A stretch of DNA of 48,505 nucleotides from Betaproteobacteria bacterium (GTDB lineage Bacteria; Pseudomonadota; Gammaproteobacteria; Burkholderiales; SG8-39). The notes below the pieces were generated by a model, which worked only from the letters and a program-made list of their open reading frames with translations, was not told the origin of the DNA and made no database searches. Shown here piece after piece: positions 12,807 through 22,292 of the stretch. The translations under genes were made by a program, and so were the position numbers. Every line of letters starts with the position of its first letter. Positions within the stretch are counted from its first letter, which is position 1. The stretch covers positions 1-48,505 of the forward strand of contig JBQTJF010000142.1 of the NCBI GenBank assembly GCA_052387375.1, written 5' to 3'.

Positions 12807-13166
12807 GGGAGTCGGCCAGGCAGCCGCTGCGTCGCGTTCGCGGCGCAGAGGAAAGTCCGGGCTCCGCAGAGCGGGATGCAGGGTAACCCCCTGGCGCGGC
12901 GACGCGACGAATAGGGCCACAGAGACGAGTCCCGGAGGGACACGGCGCGAGCCGTGCTCTTCGGGGGTGAAACGCGGCAACCTCCATCCGGAGCAACACC
13001 AAATAGGCAAGCGAAGTGCGAAAGCACGAGAGGCCGGCTCGGCCGACCGCTTGCGGGTAGGTGGCTGGAGCCCCGGGGCGACCCGGGGCCAAGAGGAATG
13101 GCTGCCGGTGCCGCCGGGCTTGCCCGGTGGGCGCCACAGAACCCGGCTTATCGGCCGTCTCCCGCT
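12807..13166 (+). ncRNA. rnpB: RNase P RNA, bacterial type A
   Basis: Universally conserved blocks GAGGAAAGTCCGGGCTCC (about 12850) and ACAGAACCCGGCTTATCGGCC (about 13137). The 5' GGGAGUCGGCCAG can pair with the 3' CGGCCGUCUCCC to form P1. Ends are approximate to +/-5 nt. Confidence 0.95.
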
Positions 13167-13259
13167 GTTTCTCCGCCGTCCCGGCTTTTCCTTGCTTCCC
13201 GCCCCCCGGAACGGAATAATCGGCCGGGGGAGGTGTCAGGGCTCACCGCCCGCGGCGCG

Positions 13260-14207
13260 ATGCAGGACCGTCTAAACCAGAACGACGTCACCAACCGGGT
13301 CAACGTCGAGGACGCCGAGCGCGTGCGCGACGTCGTGCTGGCGCTCTTCGGCGCCCGTTATCCCGGCGCGGACCTCGCCCCTCTCGAGCGGGCGTTCGGC
13401 GACTTCCGCGCGCTGTTCGAGGGACAGTATCCGGGCTACCTCGCCTGCGACACGCTCTACCACGACCTGCGCCATACGCTGGACATGACGCTGGCCATGG
13501 CGCGCCTGGTCGACGGCCACGAGCGCATCTGCGCGCAGCCCGACCGCCTGGGGCCGCGTCGCGCCGTGCTCGGCATCCTGATCGCCCTGCTGCACGACTC
13601 CGGCTACCTCAAGCGCAGCTCCGAGGGCGAGGTGGAGAACGGCGCCGTCTTCACCAAGGTGCACGTCAGCCGCAGCGCCGACTTCATCGCCGCCTACCTG
13701 CCGGGCATCGGCTTCGCCGCCGAGGCGCCGCTCGCCGCGCGCCTGGTGCACTTCACCGGCTACGAGATGGAGATCGAGGACATCCGCGTCGAGGACGCGC
13801 GCGACCGCATGATCGGCTGCATGGTCGGCACCGCCGATCTCATCGGCCAGATGTCCGACCGCATGTACCTCGAGAAGGTGCGCAAGTTCCTCTACGAGGA
13901 GTTCGTGCTCGGCAAGGTGGCGCGCGAGCAGCTCGCCGACGGCCGCGAAGTGGTGCGCTACGCCTCGCCCGAGGACCTGATCATCAAGACCCCGGGCTTC
14001 TACGAGTACGTGGCGCGCCAGCGCATCGACCGCAAGCTCGACGGCGTCGACCGCTTCGCCGCCTCGCACTTCGACGGGACCAACCTCTACCAGGCCGAGA
14101 TCGAGCGCAACATGCAGTTCCTGCGCCAGACCATCGAGACGGCCGACCTCGGCCGGCTGCGACGCTTCTGCTATTCCCTCTCCGAGCGCGCCCGCCGCGC
14201 CGCCTGA
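13260..14207 (+). CDS. HD-domain (metal-dependent phosphohydrolase-like) protein
   Basis: 315 aa from ATG 13260. It has H...HD...D-type residues (TLYHDLRHTLD; ALLHDSGY; GTADLIGQM). Track ORF 12954..14207 begins inside rnpB and is over-extended. Confidence 0.7.
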   Translation: MQDRLNQNDVTNRVNVEDAERVRDVVLALFGARYPGADLAPLERAFGDFRALFEGQYPGYLACDTLYHDLRHTLDMTLAMARLVDGHERICAQPDRLGPRRAVLGILIALLHDSGYLKRSSEGEVENGAVFTKVHVSRSADFIAAYLPGIGFAAEAPLAARLVHFTGYEMEIEDIRVEDARDRMIGCMVGTADLIGQMSDRMYLEKVRKFLYEEFVLGKVAREQLADGREVVRYASPEDLIIKTPGFYEYVARQRIDRKLDGVDRFAASHFDGTNLYQAEIERNMQFLRQTIETADLGRLRRFCYSLSERARRAA

Positions 14208-14297
14208 TGTGGGGTATTTCACGCCCCGGCGGAAATGCCCGGGCGTCGCCGGAAATCGACACTTGTCCGGTGCCGGGAATCGTGGCAAAAGCCGTTC

Positions 14298-14759
14298 ATG
14301 AGCGTTCCGAACAGAGCGAGGAAACCCGAGCCTGCGCCGGCGCTTTTCCGGCTGCTTTCGGACAGCGCCGTGTCGCGCGCGGCGCTCGGCGCCTGCGGCT
14401 TTCCCCTGGCGATGCTCGACGCGGCCGCACCGGCGCGCCCGGTCACGTACCTCAACGCCGCCTTCGAGGGCTTTTTCGGCTACCGCGCCGCCGAGGCGCT
14501 CGGCCGGCCGCTCGCGGCGCTGCTCTTCCGCGGCGACGACGCGCTCGTGCACCGGCTCCTCGCCGAGCCGGTGTCGCGCTGGGAACTGAAAGCCTGGGCG
14601 AAAGACGGCACGGCGCGGCAGGTCGAGCTGGCGCTCGGCGCGGTGCGCAGCGCCGAAGGCCGCCTCACGCACTGGGTGGTGGCGTTCTCCGACCGCACGG
14701 AAGTGGAGCGCCTGCGCGCCGAGCTCGCGGCGCTGAAGAGCCTGGCGTCCGCCCCCTAG
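14298..14759 (+). CDS. Stand-alone PAS-domain protein
   Basis: PAS core PVTYLNAAFEGFFGYRAAEALGRP...WELKAWAKDGTARQVELALGAV....GRLTHWVVAFSDRTE followed by a short coiled tail. I prefer ATG 14298 (MSVPNRARK). Confidence 0.7.
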   Translation: MSVPNRARKPEPAPALFRLLSDSAVSRAALGACGFPLAMLDAAAPARPVTYLNAAFEGFFGYRAAEALGRPLAALLFRGDDALVHRLLAEPVSRWELKAWAKDGTARQVELALGAVRSAEGRLTHWVVAFSDRTEVERLRAELAALKSLASAP

Positions 14760-14923
14760 TCGTCCTTCGACTTCAGGGACTGCCAGAGGTCGAGAAGCAT
14801 CATGGCGACGCCGAGACCGGCGACGATCCAAAGCGCCGTATCCTTCAGCCGCCACACCACCGGCGCCATGTAGGCGATCATGAGCGCCGCAGCGGCGATT
14901 CCGGCAATGATCTTGTAGGGCAT
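14756..14923 (-). CDS. Small two-helix membrane protein (55 aa)
   Basis: MPYKIIAGIAAAALMIAYMAPVVWRLKDTALWIVAGLGVAMMLLDLWQSLKSKDD. The ATG lies 5 nt after the amidase stop. High third-position GC. This is the tail of shadow ORF 14756..16246. Confidence 0.6.
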   Translation of the reverse strand: MPYKIIAGIAAAALMIAYMAPVVWRLKDTALWIVAGLGVAMMLLDLWQSLKSKDD

Positions 14924-14928
14924 CGGCG

Positions 14929-16266
14929 CTACTCCCCGCTTTCCACGCGCCGCACCAGCCAGCGGGCGGTGCGCAGCAGGCGCGCATCGCCGTCCCGCGG
15001 CCCGACCAGCTGCACGCCGACCGGCAGCCCGTTGCCGGCCTGCATGAGGGGCAGGCTGATCGCCGGCATGCCGCAGAGCGTCCACAACGTGCAGAACGAC
15101 GGGTCGCCCGTCGCGCCCAGGCCCTTGGGCGCGGCGCCGGGCGCGGCAGGCGTGATGATCGCGTCGACATGGTCGAACAACTCGCGCAACTCGTCGTTGA
15201 GCAGCGGGATGCGCGCGAGAGCGCGCTGGTAGTCGAGCGCGGTGACGCTGCGGCCGCGCTCGAGCAGCGCGCGCAGCGGGGCGCTCAGCTTGTCGCGTCC
15301 CCGTTCCCATTCCATGTCGAACTTGGCCGCCATCTCCGCCTCCATCAAGGTGCGGTGCCACGCCAGCACCTCGACCGGCAGCGGCAGATCGATCGGCTGC
15401 ACCGACTCGCCGAGCGACTCGCACAGCTCGGCAAACGCTTCCTCGGTCTCCTTTTCGATACGGTCCCAGGAGGGGCCGCGAACGAAGGCCAAGCGGGGCG
15501 GCAGCGGCGGCTCCTCGGCAGCGATGGCGACGAACGGAGGCCGGGCGCGCGGCCGGGTGTCGGGATCGCGCGGGTCGAAGCCGGCAACCTGCTCGGCGAG
15601 TAGTGCAATGTCCTCCAGCGTGCGCGCGAAAAGGCCGACATGGTCGAGGGTACGCGAGAGCTGAAGGATGCCGCCGCGTGGCACCAGGCCGTGCGTCGGC
15701 TTGAAGCCGTAGACGCCGCAGAAGGAGGCCGGGCGGATGGTGGAGCCGTTGGTCTGGCTGCCCAGCGCAAGCGGCACCATGCCGGCGGCGATCGCTGCAG
15801 CCGAGCCACTGGAGGAGCCGCCGGGGGTGTGCTCGGGGTTGTGCGGGTTGCGAGTCTTCCCGGGATGGAAGTAAGCGCACTCGGTGGTGACGGTCTTGCC
15901 CAGGATCACCGCGCCGGCCTGGCGCAGCATCGTCACAACTGTCGCGTCGCGGTCGGGCGTGCGCCCGGCGTGCAGCGGCGTGCCGTCCTCGGTGGGCATA
16001 TCGGCGGTGTCGATGATGTCCTTGATGCCGACCGGCACGCCGTGCAGCGGCCCGGTGGGCCGGCCTTCGCGGCGCTGCTCGTCGAGCGTGCGGGCCTGCG
16101 TCCGGGCGTGCTCCTCGCTGAGGAACTGCCATGCCTGCACCTGCGGCTCGGTCTCGCGGATGTGCGCGAGGCACGCCGCGACGAGCTGCTCGCTGGTGAC
16201 GGCGCCATCGCGGACCGCGCGCGCCGCGTCGCTCGCCGAAAGCCAATTGATCTGGGTCGGGTCCAT
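14929..16266 (-). CDS. Amidase (amidase-signature family, GatA-like)
   Basis: 445 aa. GVPVGIKD, and GGSSSGSAAAIAAGMVPLALGSQTNGSTIRPASFCGVYGFKPT (AS signature with Ser-cisSer-Lys context). Confidence 0.9.
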   Translation of the reverse strand: MDPTQINWLSASDAARAVRDGAVTSEQLVAACLAHIRETEPQVQAWQFLSEEHARTQARTLDEQRREGRPTGPLHGVPVGIKDIIDTADMPTEDGTPLHAGRTPDRDATVVTMLRQAGAVILGKTVTTECAYFHPGKTRNPHNPEHTPGGSSSGSAAAIAAGMVPLALGSQTNGSTIRPASFCGVYGFKPTHGLVPRGGILQLSRTLDHVGLFARTLEDIALLAEQVAGFDPRDPDTRPRARPPFVAIAAEEPPLPPRLAFVRGPSWDRIEKETEEAFAELCESLGESVQPIDLPLPVEVLAWHRTLMEAEMAAKFDMEWERGRDKLSAPLRALLERGRSVTALDYQRALARIPLLNDELRELFDHVDAIITPAAPGAAPKGLGATGDPSFCTLWTLCGMPAISLPLMQAGNGLPVGVQLVGPRDGDARLLRTARWLVRRVESGE

Positions 16267-16267
16267 A

Positions 16268-17611
16268 TCAACCGTAGATGATCCCGGGCAACCAGGTGAC
16301 GACGCCGGGAACGATGTACACCAACGCCATGCAGAGGATGATGACCACGAGGTAGGGCATGCAGCCTCGGAAAATCTGCGTCAATAGTACTCCGGGCCCC
16401 GCGACGCCCTTGAGGTAGTAGGCGGCCATGGCCATAGGCGGGGAGAGGAACGCGGTCTGGAGGTTGAGCGCCACGAGGATGGCAAAGATCAGCGGATCGC
16501 TCTCGAAGTGCGGCAGCAGCGGCAGGAAAATCGGCACGAAGATGATGATGATCTCGGTCCACTCCAGCGGCCAGCCGAGGATGAAGATGATGATCTGGGC
16601 GAGGATCATGAAAATCACGGGCGACAGGTCGAGCCCGATGACGAAGTTCTTGATGATCTCTTCGCCGCCGAGATAGGCGAAGATCGACGCGAAGGTGGCG
16701 GAGCCGACGAAGAGCCAGCACACCATGGCCGAGGTGCGCGCGGTCAGGAAGACCGCTTCCTTCAGCCGCCCCCAAGTGAGGGCGCGATAGCACGCGGCGA
16801 GCAAGACCGCGCCCGTCGCGCCCACCGCCGCGGCTTCGGTAGGCGTCGCCAGCCCGAACATGATCGAGCCGAGCACGGCGAGGATCAGGATGGCAAGCGG
16901 AAAGAACGAGGTGGCGAGCAGCACCAGCGTGCGCGCGAAGGAAATCCTGCGGTGCTCTTCCGCCAGCGGCGGGGCAAATTGCGGCCTGAGCATGGACAGG
17001 GTCACGACATAGAGGATGTACATGACGGCGAGCAGGATCCCGGGGAGCAGCGCCGCAGCATAGAGCTTCACTGCGGAAATTCCCGCCTGCGCGCCGTACA
17101 CGATGAGCAGGATCGAAGGCGGAATCATGATGCCGAGGCAGCCGCCCGCGCAGGTCGCACCCGCGGCGAGCCGCACGTCGTAGCCCGCCTTCACCATCTG
17201 CGGGAAGGCGAGGAGGCCCATCAGGGTGACGACCGCGCCGACGATGCCGGTCGCCGTGGCGAACAGCGCGCACGTGGCGAGCGTCGCTACGGCAAGCGCT
17301 CCCGGCATGAAGCGCAAGGCCACCTGCAGGCTGAAGAACAGGCGATCGAGGATGTTCGCCCGTTCGACCATATAGCCCATCAGCAGGAACAACGGCACCG
17401 CGACCAGCGCATCGTTGGTCATCACGCCGTAGGTGTTCTGGGTGAGCAGGAAGAACACCCGGTTATCGAAGAAGTCCTGGCCGGGGATGTAGTAGGCGTA
17501 GAACCCGAATGTCACGCCCAGCGCCATCAGCGTGAAAGCCACCGGGAAGCCGATCATGATGGTGATCACCAGAATCCCCAGCATGATGAGGGCGATGATG
17601 CCCGGGCTCAT
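16268..17611 (-). CDS. TRAP transporter large permease (DctM; FcbT3/COG4664-like)
   Basis: 447 aa polytopic membrane protein with typical DctM N-terminus. Its stop lies 1 nt from the amidase start. Confidence 0.9.
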   Translation of the reverse strand: MSPGIIALIMLGILVITIMIGFPVAFTLMALGVTFGFYAYYIPGQDFFDNRVFFLLTQNTYGVMTNDALVAVPLFLLMGYMVERANILDRLFFSLQVALRFMPGALAVATLATCALFATATGIVGAVVTLMGLLAFPQMVKAGYDVRLAAGATCAGGCLGIMIPPSILLIVYGAQAGISAVKLYAAALLPGILLAVMYILYVVTLSMLRPQFAPPLAEEHRRISFARTLVLLATSFFPLAILILAVLGSIMFGLATPTEAAAVGATGAVLLAACYRALTWGRLKEAVFLTARTSAMVCWLFVGSATFASIFAYLGGEEIIKNFVIGLDLSPVIFMILAQIIIFILGWPLEWTEIIIIFVPIFLPLLPHFESDPLIFAILVALNLQTAFLSPPMAMAAYYLKGVAGPGVLLTQIFRGCMPYLVVIILCMALVYIVPGVVTWLPGIIYG

Positions 17612-18204
17612 CGCGCAATTCTTTCTGCCGCCTCGCGGCCCTTGCGAGCGGCTTCCTCGAGGAGCTGCTTCTCAAGCTCCTCGACGTCGTGCAGGCGGGG
17701 CGGCCACCTGCCCTCCTTCAGGCACAGCAGGCAGCGCAGCACCTCGGCGAGGCCCTGCAGGAAGATCAGGCCGCCGCCGATCGGGATCAGCATCTTGATC
17801 TGCCAGATCGGGATGCCGACCGGACTGTTGATGCTCTTCTCCAGGATCTTCATCGACTCGTTGCCGTATATCCAGCCCGAGTACATGAGCGAGATGATGC
17901 CGGGGAAGAAAAACACGATGTAGAGCACGAGCTCGACCGTGGCCTGGGTGCGCGGGCGCCACAGGCGGTAGAACATGTCGGCGCGCACGTGGCCGCCGCG
18001 GGAAAGGGTGTAGGCGCCCGCCATGAAGAAGAGCGCCCCGTACATGATGTAGCTGAAGTCGAACGCCCAGCTCGTCGGGTCGTTCAGCACGTAGCGCACG
18101 AAGACTTCGTAGGTTGTCCCCAGCGCGAGGATGACGATGCACCAGGCGAACGCGTGCCCGACCGTCTTGCTGAGCTGGTCGATCGCGTAGATGAGTCGGT
18201 TCAT
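17608..18204 (-). CDS. TRAP transporter small permease (DctQ; FcbT2/COG4665-like) with charged C-terminal tail
   Basis: 198 aa with four hydrophobic segments followed by an ELEKQLLEEAARKGREAAERIAR tail. ATGA overlap with dctM. Confidence 0.85.
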   Translation of the reverse strand: MNRLIYAIDQLSKTVGHAFAWCIVILALGTTYEVFVRYVLNDPTSWAFDFSYIMYGALFFMAGAYTLSRGGHVRADMFYRLWRPRTQATVELVLYIVFFFPGIISLMYSGWIYGNESMKILEKSINSPVGIPIWQIKMLIPIGGGLIFLQGLAEVLRCLLCLKEGRWPPRLHDVEELEKQLLEEAARKGREAAERIAR

Positions 18205-18221
18205 CGCCCTTTTACCGCCGG

Positions 18222-18257
18222 GAAAAAACTTGGGGCGACGCCGTCAGGCGCCACCCC
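18222..18257 (-). terminator. Intra-operon hairpin plus T-run between the TRAP binding-protein gene and dctQ (attenuator or partial terminator)
   Basis: Minus strand: GGGGUGGCGCC-UGAC-GGCGUCGCCCC (11-bp stem with 2 G-U pairs) followed by AAGUUUUUU. Confidence 0.55.
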
Positions 18258-18291
18258 AATTCAGCACAATGCTCCGCGAAAGCGGGGCCGC

Positions 18292-19428
18292 TCAGCCAGG
18301 AATCTTGGTCTTGAAGACGTGCTCGTAGCCCATCTTGTAGTCCGCTTCGTTGAGGAACATGTAGTAGGCGACGCGCTTCGCCCACGCCTTCTGCGAAGCG
18401 ACGACCTTCTTGAAGAATGGGTCTTCGTCCTCGAGCTTCTTCGTGACCACGTCCCAGGCCTGGAGCTGCACTTGGAAGATCGACCTCGGCGTGCGCATGA
18501 CATTGACCTTGTGCTTGTGGATCAGCTCCTGCAGATCGCGCGAGTAGAAGTCCATCGCGGTCCAGAAGTTCGACGACGACGCGGCCTCGACACCGTACTG
18601 CAGGATCGCCTGCAGGTCCTTCGGGATCGAATCCCACTTCTTCCTGTTGAAGATGATCTCGAAGAACTCCATCGCCTGGTGGAAGCTGCCCAGCATGTAG
18701 TTCTTCACCACGTCCTGGGCGCCGAAGCGCGAATCCGAGGTGGGGTTGTTGTACTCGAAGGCGTCGATCACGCCCTTCTCGAGCGCCGGGATGATCTCGC
18801 CGCCGGGCAGCTGCGTCACGCGCAGGCCCATCTGCTGGTTCAGGTCCGCAGAAAGGCCCACGGTGCGGTACTTCAAGCCCTTCAGGTCCTGGGCCGACTT
18901 GACCGGCTTCTTGAACCAGCCGAGCGGCTGGGTGGGCATCGGCATGGCGAAGAAACCGACCGCGTTCAGGCCGAGCTTGCCGAGCAGCTCCTGGTACATC
19001 TGCAGGCCGCCGCCGCGGTAGATCCACGCGAGCGTCTGCTGCGCGTCGCAGCCGTTGATCGGTCCCGAGCCGAAGAGCGACGCCACCTTGGACTTGCCGT
19101 ACCAGTACACCGGCACGGTGTGGCCGCCGTCGAGCACGCCCTTGGACACGGCGTCCATGACCTCGAAGGGCTTCACGACGGCGCCGGCGAGCAGGTAATC
19201 GATGCGCAGGCGGCCGCCCGACATCTCGTTCACCCGCTTGACGTACTCCTGTGCCATGTCGTTGAAGATGTCGGCCGAGCCCCACGAGCCCTGCATCTTG
19301 ATAACGATGGGCGACTGCGACTTCACGATCATCGGGAACCCGAGTGCCGCGGTGCCGGTCGCCGTCGCGGCCGCACCCTTGAGGAACCTGCGGCGCGTCC
19401 CCTGTGCTGGCTGATTCGCTGTAGTCAT
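18292..19428 (-). CDS. TRAP transporter substrate-binding protein (DctP family, FcbT1/COG4663-like) with twin-arginine signal
   Basis: 378 aa. N-terminal TRRRFLKGAAATATGTAALG. GGAGGAGGAGGA Shine-Dalgarno upstream. Confidence 0.9.
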   Translation of the reverse strand: MTTANQPAQGTRRRFLKGAAATATGTAALGFPMIVKSQSPIVIKMQGSWGSADIFNDMAQEYVKRVNEMSGGRLRIDYLLAGAVVKPFEVMDAVSKGVLDGGHTVPVYWYGKSKVASLFGSGPINGCDAQQTLAWIYRGGGLQMYQELLGKLGLNAVGFFAMPMPTQPLGWFKKPVKSAQDLKGLKYRTVGLSADLNQQMGLRVTQLPGGEIIPALEKGVIDAFEYNNPTSDSRFGAQDVVKNYMLGSFHQAMEFFEIIFNRKKWDSIPKDLQAILQYGVEAASSSNFWTAMDFYSRDLQELIHKHKVNVMRTPRSIFQVQLQAWDVVTKKLEDEDPFFKKVVASQKAWAKRVAYYMFLNEADYKMGYEHVFKTKIPG

Positions 19429-19572
19429 TGCTGTTTCCTCCTCCTCCTGCTGGTGATCGATTTGCGCGGACGAACCGCTACCGCGTATTGGGATGAAGCG
19501 CGACGATTCTAACCCCCTGCCAGAGCGCCCCGCAAGGCGACTCCACGATGTGAAACGCCGAAGCCCACAGCG

Positions 19573-20880
19573 TCAGGCGGCGATGTATTCCAGCGCCACC
19601 GGCGGGATGGTGCCCTGCAGCGCCCGGCCGCGCTTGTCGGTCGGATGCCAGCCGACGACCGCCAGCATGACGATGAAGCCCAGGATGTAGGCGAGCGTGA
19701 CGTGCCAGCCGTGCCTGAGCCAGCGCCCGACCGACTTCGCCTCGGGATACATGTTGGAGAGCGCCACCCCGGCGGAGGAGCCGAACCAGATCATCGAGCC
19801 GCCGTAGCCGACCGCGTAGGCGAGCATGCCCCAGTCGTAGCCGCCTTGCCGCAGCGCAAGAGCGGTGAGCGGGATGTTGTCGAACACCGCGGAGACGAAT
19901 CCCAGCCCGAAGGTGGTCTGCCAGGCGGCGGCCGGCAGCTGCTCCACCGGCATCATCGAAGCGCAGGTCACGAGCGCGAGCAGGAACACCGAGCCCTTGA
20001 ACGCCTCGGGCAGCAGGTGCCAGTCCGGCCGGCGCAGCGCCGCCGTGACGACGATCGCCACCCACACCGCCGCGCCGATCACCGGGAAACGATCCAGCAG
20101 CGCGGGAAACTTCAGGTTGGCGACGACGTTCGCGCCGATCGCCGCCGCGAGAATCACCGCGACGATCAGCACGCGCGCCCAATCGACGCGAATTCCGGCC
20201 GGCGCCTCGCGCGTGATCGGCGCGTAGCGCTGCTGCTGGATGGCCGCCGGGATGCCGCAGACGATGAGCGCCACGACCGACGCCACGTAGGCGTCGAGGA
20301 CGACCAGCGGGCTGACGCCGTCGATCCACATCATGGTGGTGGTGGTGTCGCCGACCACGCTGCCGGCGCCGCCGGCGTTCGAGGCGGCGACGATGGCCGC
20401 CAGGTAGCCGATGTGCACCTTCTTGCGGAACACCACCGCCGCCATCGTGCCGCCGATGAGCGCCGCGGCGATGTTGTCCAGGAAGGAGGAGAGCACGAAC
20501 ACCATGGCGAGCAGCAGGAAGCCGCCCTTCCAGTCGTCGGGCAGGAACTTGGGCAGCTCGGCCGGGATGTTGCTGTCCTCGAAATGCTTGGAGAGCAGCG
20601 CGAAGCCGAGCAGCAGCCCGAGCAGGTTGGCGAGGATCACCCATTCGTGCGCCATGTGCAGGGCGAGCCCGGCGAGGCCGCTCCCGGCCTTGAAGCCGGT
20701 GAACGCCAGCTTGTAGAGCGCGATCGCGGCGAGGCCGGTCAGCGCCACCTGCAGCGTGTGGTGGTGGAAAAGCGCCACCCCGGCGAGCGTCAGGCCGAAC
20801 AGCACGAACTCGACCGGCACGCCGAACGCAGCGCACGCCGCGCCGACCACCACCGCACCGGCGAAGAGGCCGCGGCTCAA
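19573..20880 (-). CDS. NhaD/ArsB-superfamily ion transporter (NhaD-type Na+/H+ antiporter-like)
   Basis: Polytopic protein with SSFLDNIAAALIGG and SNAGGAGSVVGDTTTTMMWI motifs. TTG 20880 overlaps the pntB TGA as TTGA. The upstream part of track ORF 19573..21489 is read-through into pntB. Confidence 0.75.
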   Translation of the reverse strand: MSRGLFAGAVVVGAACAAFGVPVEFVLFGLTLAGVALFHHHTLQVALTGLAAIALYKLAFTGFKAGSGLAGLALHMAHEWVILANLLGLLLGFALLSKHFEDSNIPAELPKFLPDDWKGGFLLLAMVFVLSSFLDNIAAALIGGTMAAVVFRKKVHIGYLAAIVAASNAGGAGSVVGDTTTTMMWIDGVSPLVVLDAYVASVVALIVCGIPAAIQQQRYAPITREAPAGIRVDWARVLIVAVILAAAIGANVVANLKFPALLDRFPVIGAAVWVAIVVTAALRRPDWHLLPEAFKGSVFLLALVTCASMMPVEQLPAAAWQTTFGLGFVSAVFDNIPLTALALRQGGYDWGMLAYAVGYGGSMIWFGSSAGVALSNMYPEAKSVGRWLRHGWHVTLAYILGFIVMLAVVGWHPTDKRGRALQGTIPPVALEYIAA

Positions 20881-22292
20881 TCGAGCGCCTTCACCATGTC
20901 CTCGACCACCTTCTTCGCGTCGCCGAACACCATCATGGTCTTGTCCATGTAGAAGAGCGGATTGTCGAGGCCGGCGTAGCCCGCCGCCATGCTGCGCTTG
21001 TTCACCAGCACGGTGCGCGCCTTCACCACGTCGAGGATCGGCATGCCGTAGATGGGGCTGCCTTTCTCGTAGGCGAGCGGGTTGACGACGTCGTTCGCGC
21101 CCAGCACCAGCGCCACGTCGGTGGTGCCGAAGTCGCTGTTGATGTCCTCCATCTCGAACACCTGCTCGTAGGGCACCTCCGCCTCCGCCAGCAGCACGTT
21201 CATGTGCCCTGGCATGCGCCCCGCCACCGGGTGGATGCCGTAGCGCACCTTGACGCCCTTCGCCGCAAGCTTCTCGGCCATCTCGTTCACCGCGTGCTGC
21301 GCGCGCGCGACCGCCAGTCCGTACCCGGGGACGATGATCACGCTCTCGGCGTTCGCCATCAGGAAGGCGGCGTCCTCCGCCGATCCGGCGCGCACGGTCT
21401 TCTCCCCGGCGCCGACCGCTGCGGAACCTTCCGCCGCGCCGAACCCGCCCAGGATCACCGAGACGAACGAGCGGTTCATCGCCCTGCACATGATGTAGGA
21501 GAGGATCGCGCCCGAGGAGCCGACCAGCGAGCCGGCGATGATCAGCATCGCGTTGTTGAGCGAGAAGCCGATGCCGGCGGCAGCCCAGCCGGAGTAGCTG
21601 TTGAGCATGGAGATCACCACCGGCATGTCGGCGCCGCCGATCGGGATGATGATCAGCACGCCCAGCGCGAAAGCGATGGCGGTCATGAGGGCGAAGGGCA
21701 GCCAGCCCTTGTCGCCGGCGAGGAAGAACGCCGCGCCGAAGCCGATCATGACCAGGCCGAGCGCGAGGTTCAGCCAGTGCTGCCCGGGGAACACTACCGG
21801 CGCCGAGGAAAAGAGCCGGAAGTGCCTGCCCAAGCCGGCGAGCTTGCCGAAGGCGATCACCGAGCCGGAGAAGGTGATGGCGCCGACGAAGGTGCCGATG
21901 AACAGCTCGAGCCTATTGCCCAGCGGCATGGCCTCGCCCGGGCTGCGCACGATGCCGAACGACGCCGGATTGTTGACCGCGGCGACGGCGATCAGCACCG
22001 CCGCCATGCCGACCAGCGAGTGCATCGCCGCGACCAGCTCGGGCATCTGCGTCATCTGCACGCGCCGCGCCACCAGGCCGCCGGCGAGCCCGCCGACCAG
22101 CATCGCCATGGCGATCAGCTCGAGCCGGCCTTTCGCGATCAGCGCAGCGGTGACGAGGATCGCGATCGCCATGCCGGCGATGCCGAAGGCGTTGCCGCGC
22201 CGCGCCGTGGTCGGCGAGGACAGGCCCTTCAGCGCCAGGATGAAGCAGACCGAGGCGACCAGGTACCACAGCGTCAGCTGGTTGGCGGTCAT
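20877..22292 (-). CDS. pntB: NAD(P) transhydrogenase subunit beta
   Basis: 471 aa. Membrane N-terminal half plus NADP(H)-binding dIII domain (VIIVPGYGLAVARAQH...PVAGRMPGHMNVLLAEA). Confidence 0.95.
   Translation of the reverse strand: MTANQLTLWYLVASVCFILALKGLSSPTTARRGNAFGIAGMAIAILVTAALIAKGRLELIAMAMLVGGLAGGLVARRVQMTQMPELVAAMHSLVGMAAVLIAVAAVNNPASFGIVRSPGEAMPLGNRLELFIGTFVGAITFSGSVIAFGKLAGLGRHFRLFSSAPVVFPGQHWLNLALGLVMIGFGAAFFLAGDKGWLPFALMTAIAFALGVLIIIPIGGADMPVVISMLNSYSGWAAAGIGFSLNNAMLIIAGSLVGSSGAILSYIMCRAMNRSFVSVILGGFGAAEGSAAVGAGEKTVRAGSAEDAAFLMANAESVIIVPGYGLAVARAQHAVNEMAEKLAAKGVKVRYGIHPVAGRMPGHMNVLLAEAEVPYEQVFEMEDINSDFGTTDVALVLGANDVVNPLAYEKGSPIYGMPILDVVKARTVLVNKRSMAAGYAGLDNPLFYMDKTMMVFGDAKKVVEDMVKALD

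Noticed and set aside
13190-13235. The hairpin CCCCCGG...CCGGGGG downstream of rnpB as a terminator.
   Set aside because: The stem is only 7 bp with a ~13-nt loop and no U-run. That is too weak to call.
12737-13275. Protein ORFs 12737..13027, 12774..13010, 12799..13275 and the 5' parts of 12232..13137 and 12954..14207.
   Set aside because: They overlap the RNase P RNA gene, which is identified by its universally conserved sequence blocks. The peptides have no protein-like features.
14298-14759. The PAS protein as a LOV blue-light sensor.
   Set aside because: The region corresponding to the LOV NCRFLQ motif reads PLAALLFRGDD, with no cysteine. It is therefore only a generic PAS fold.
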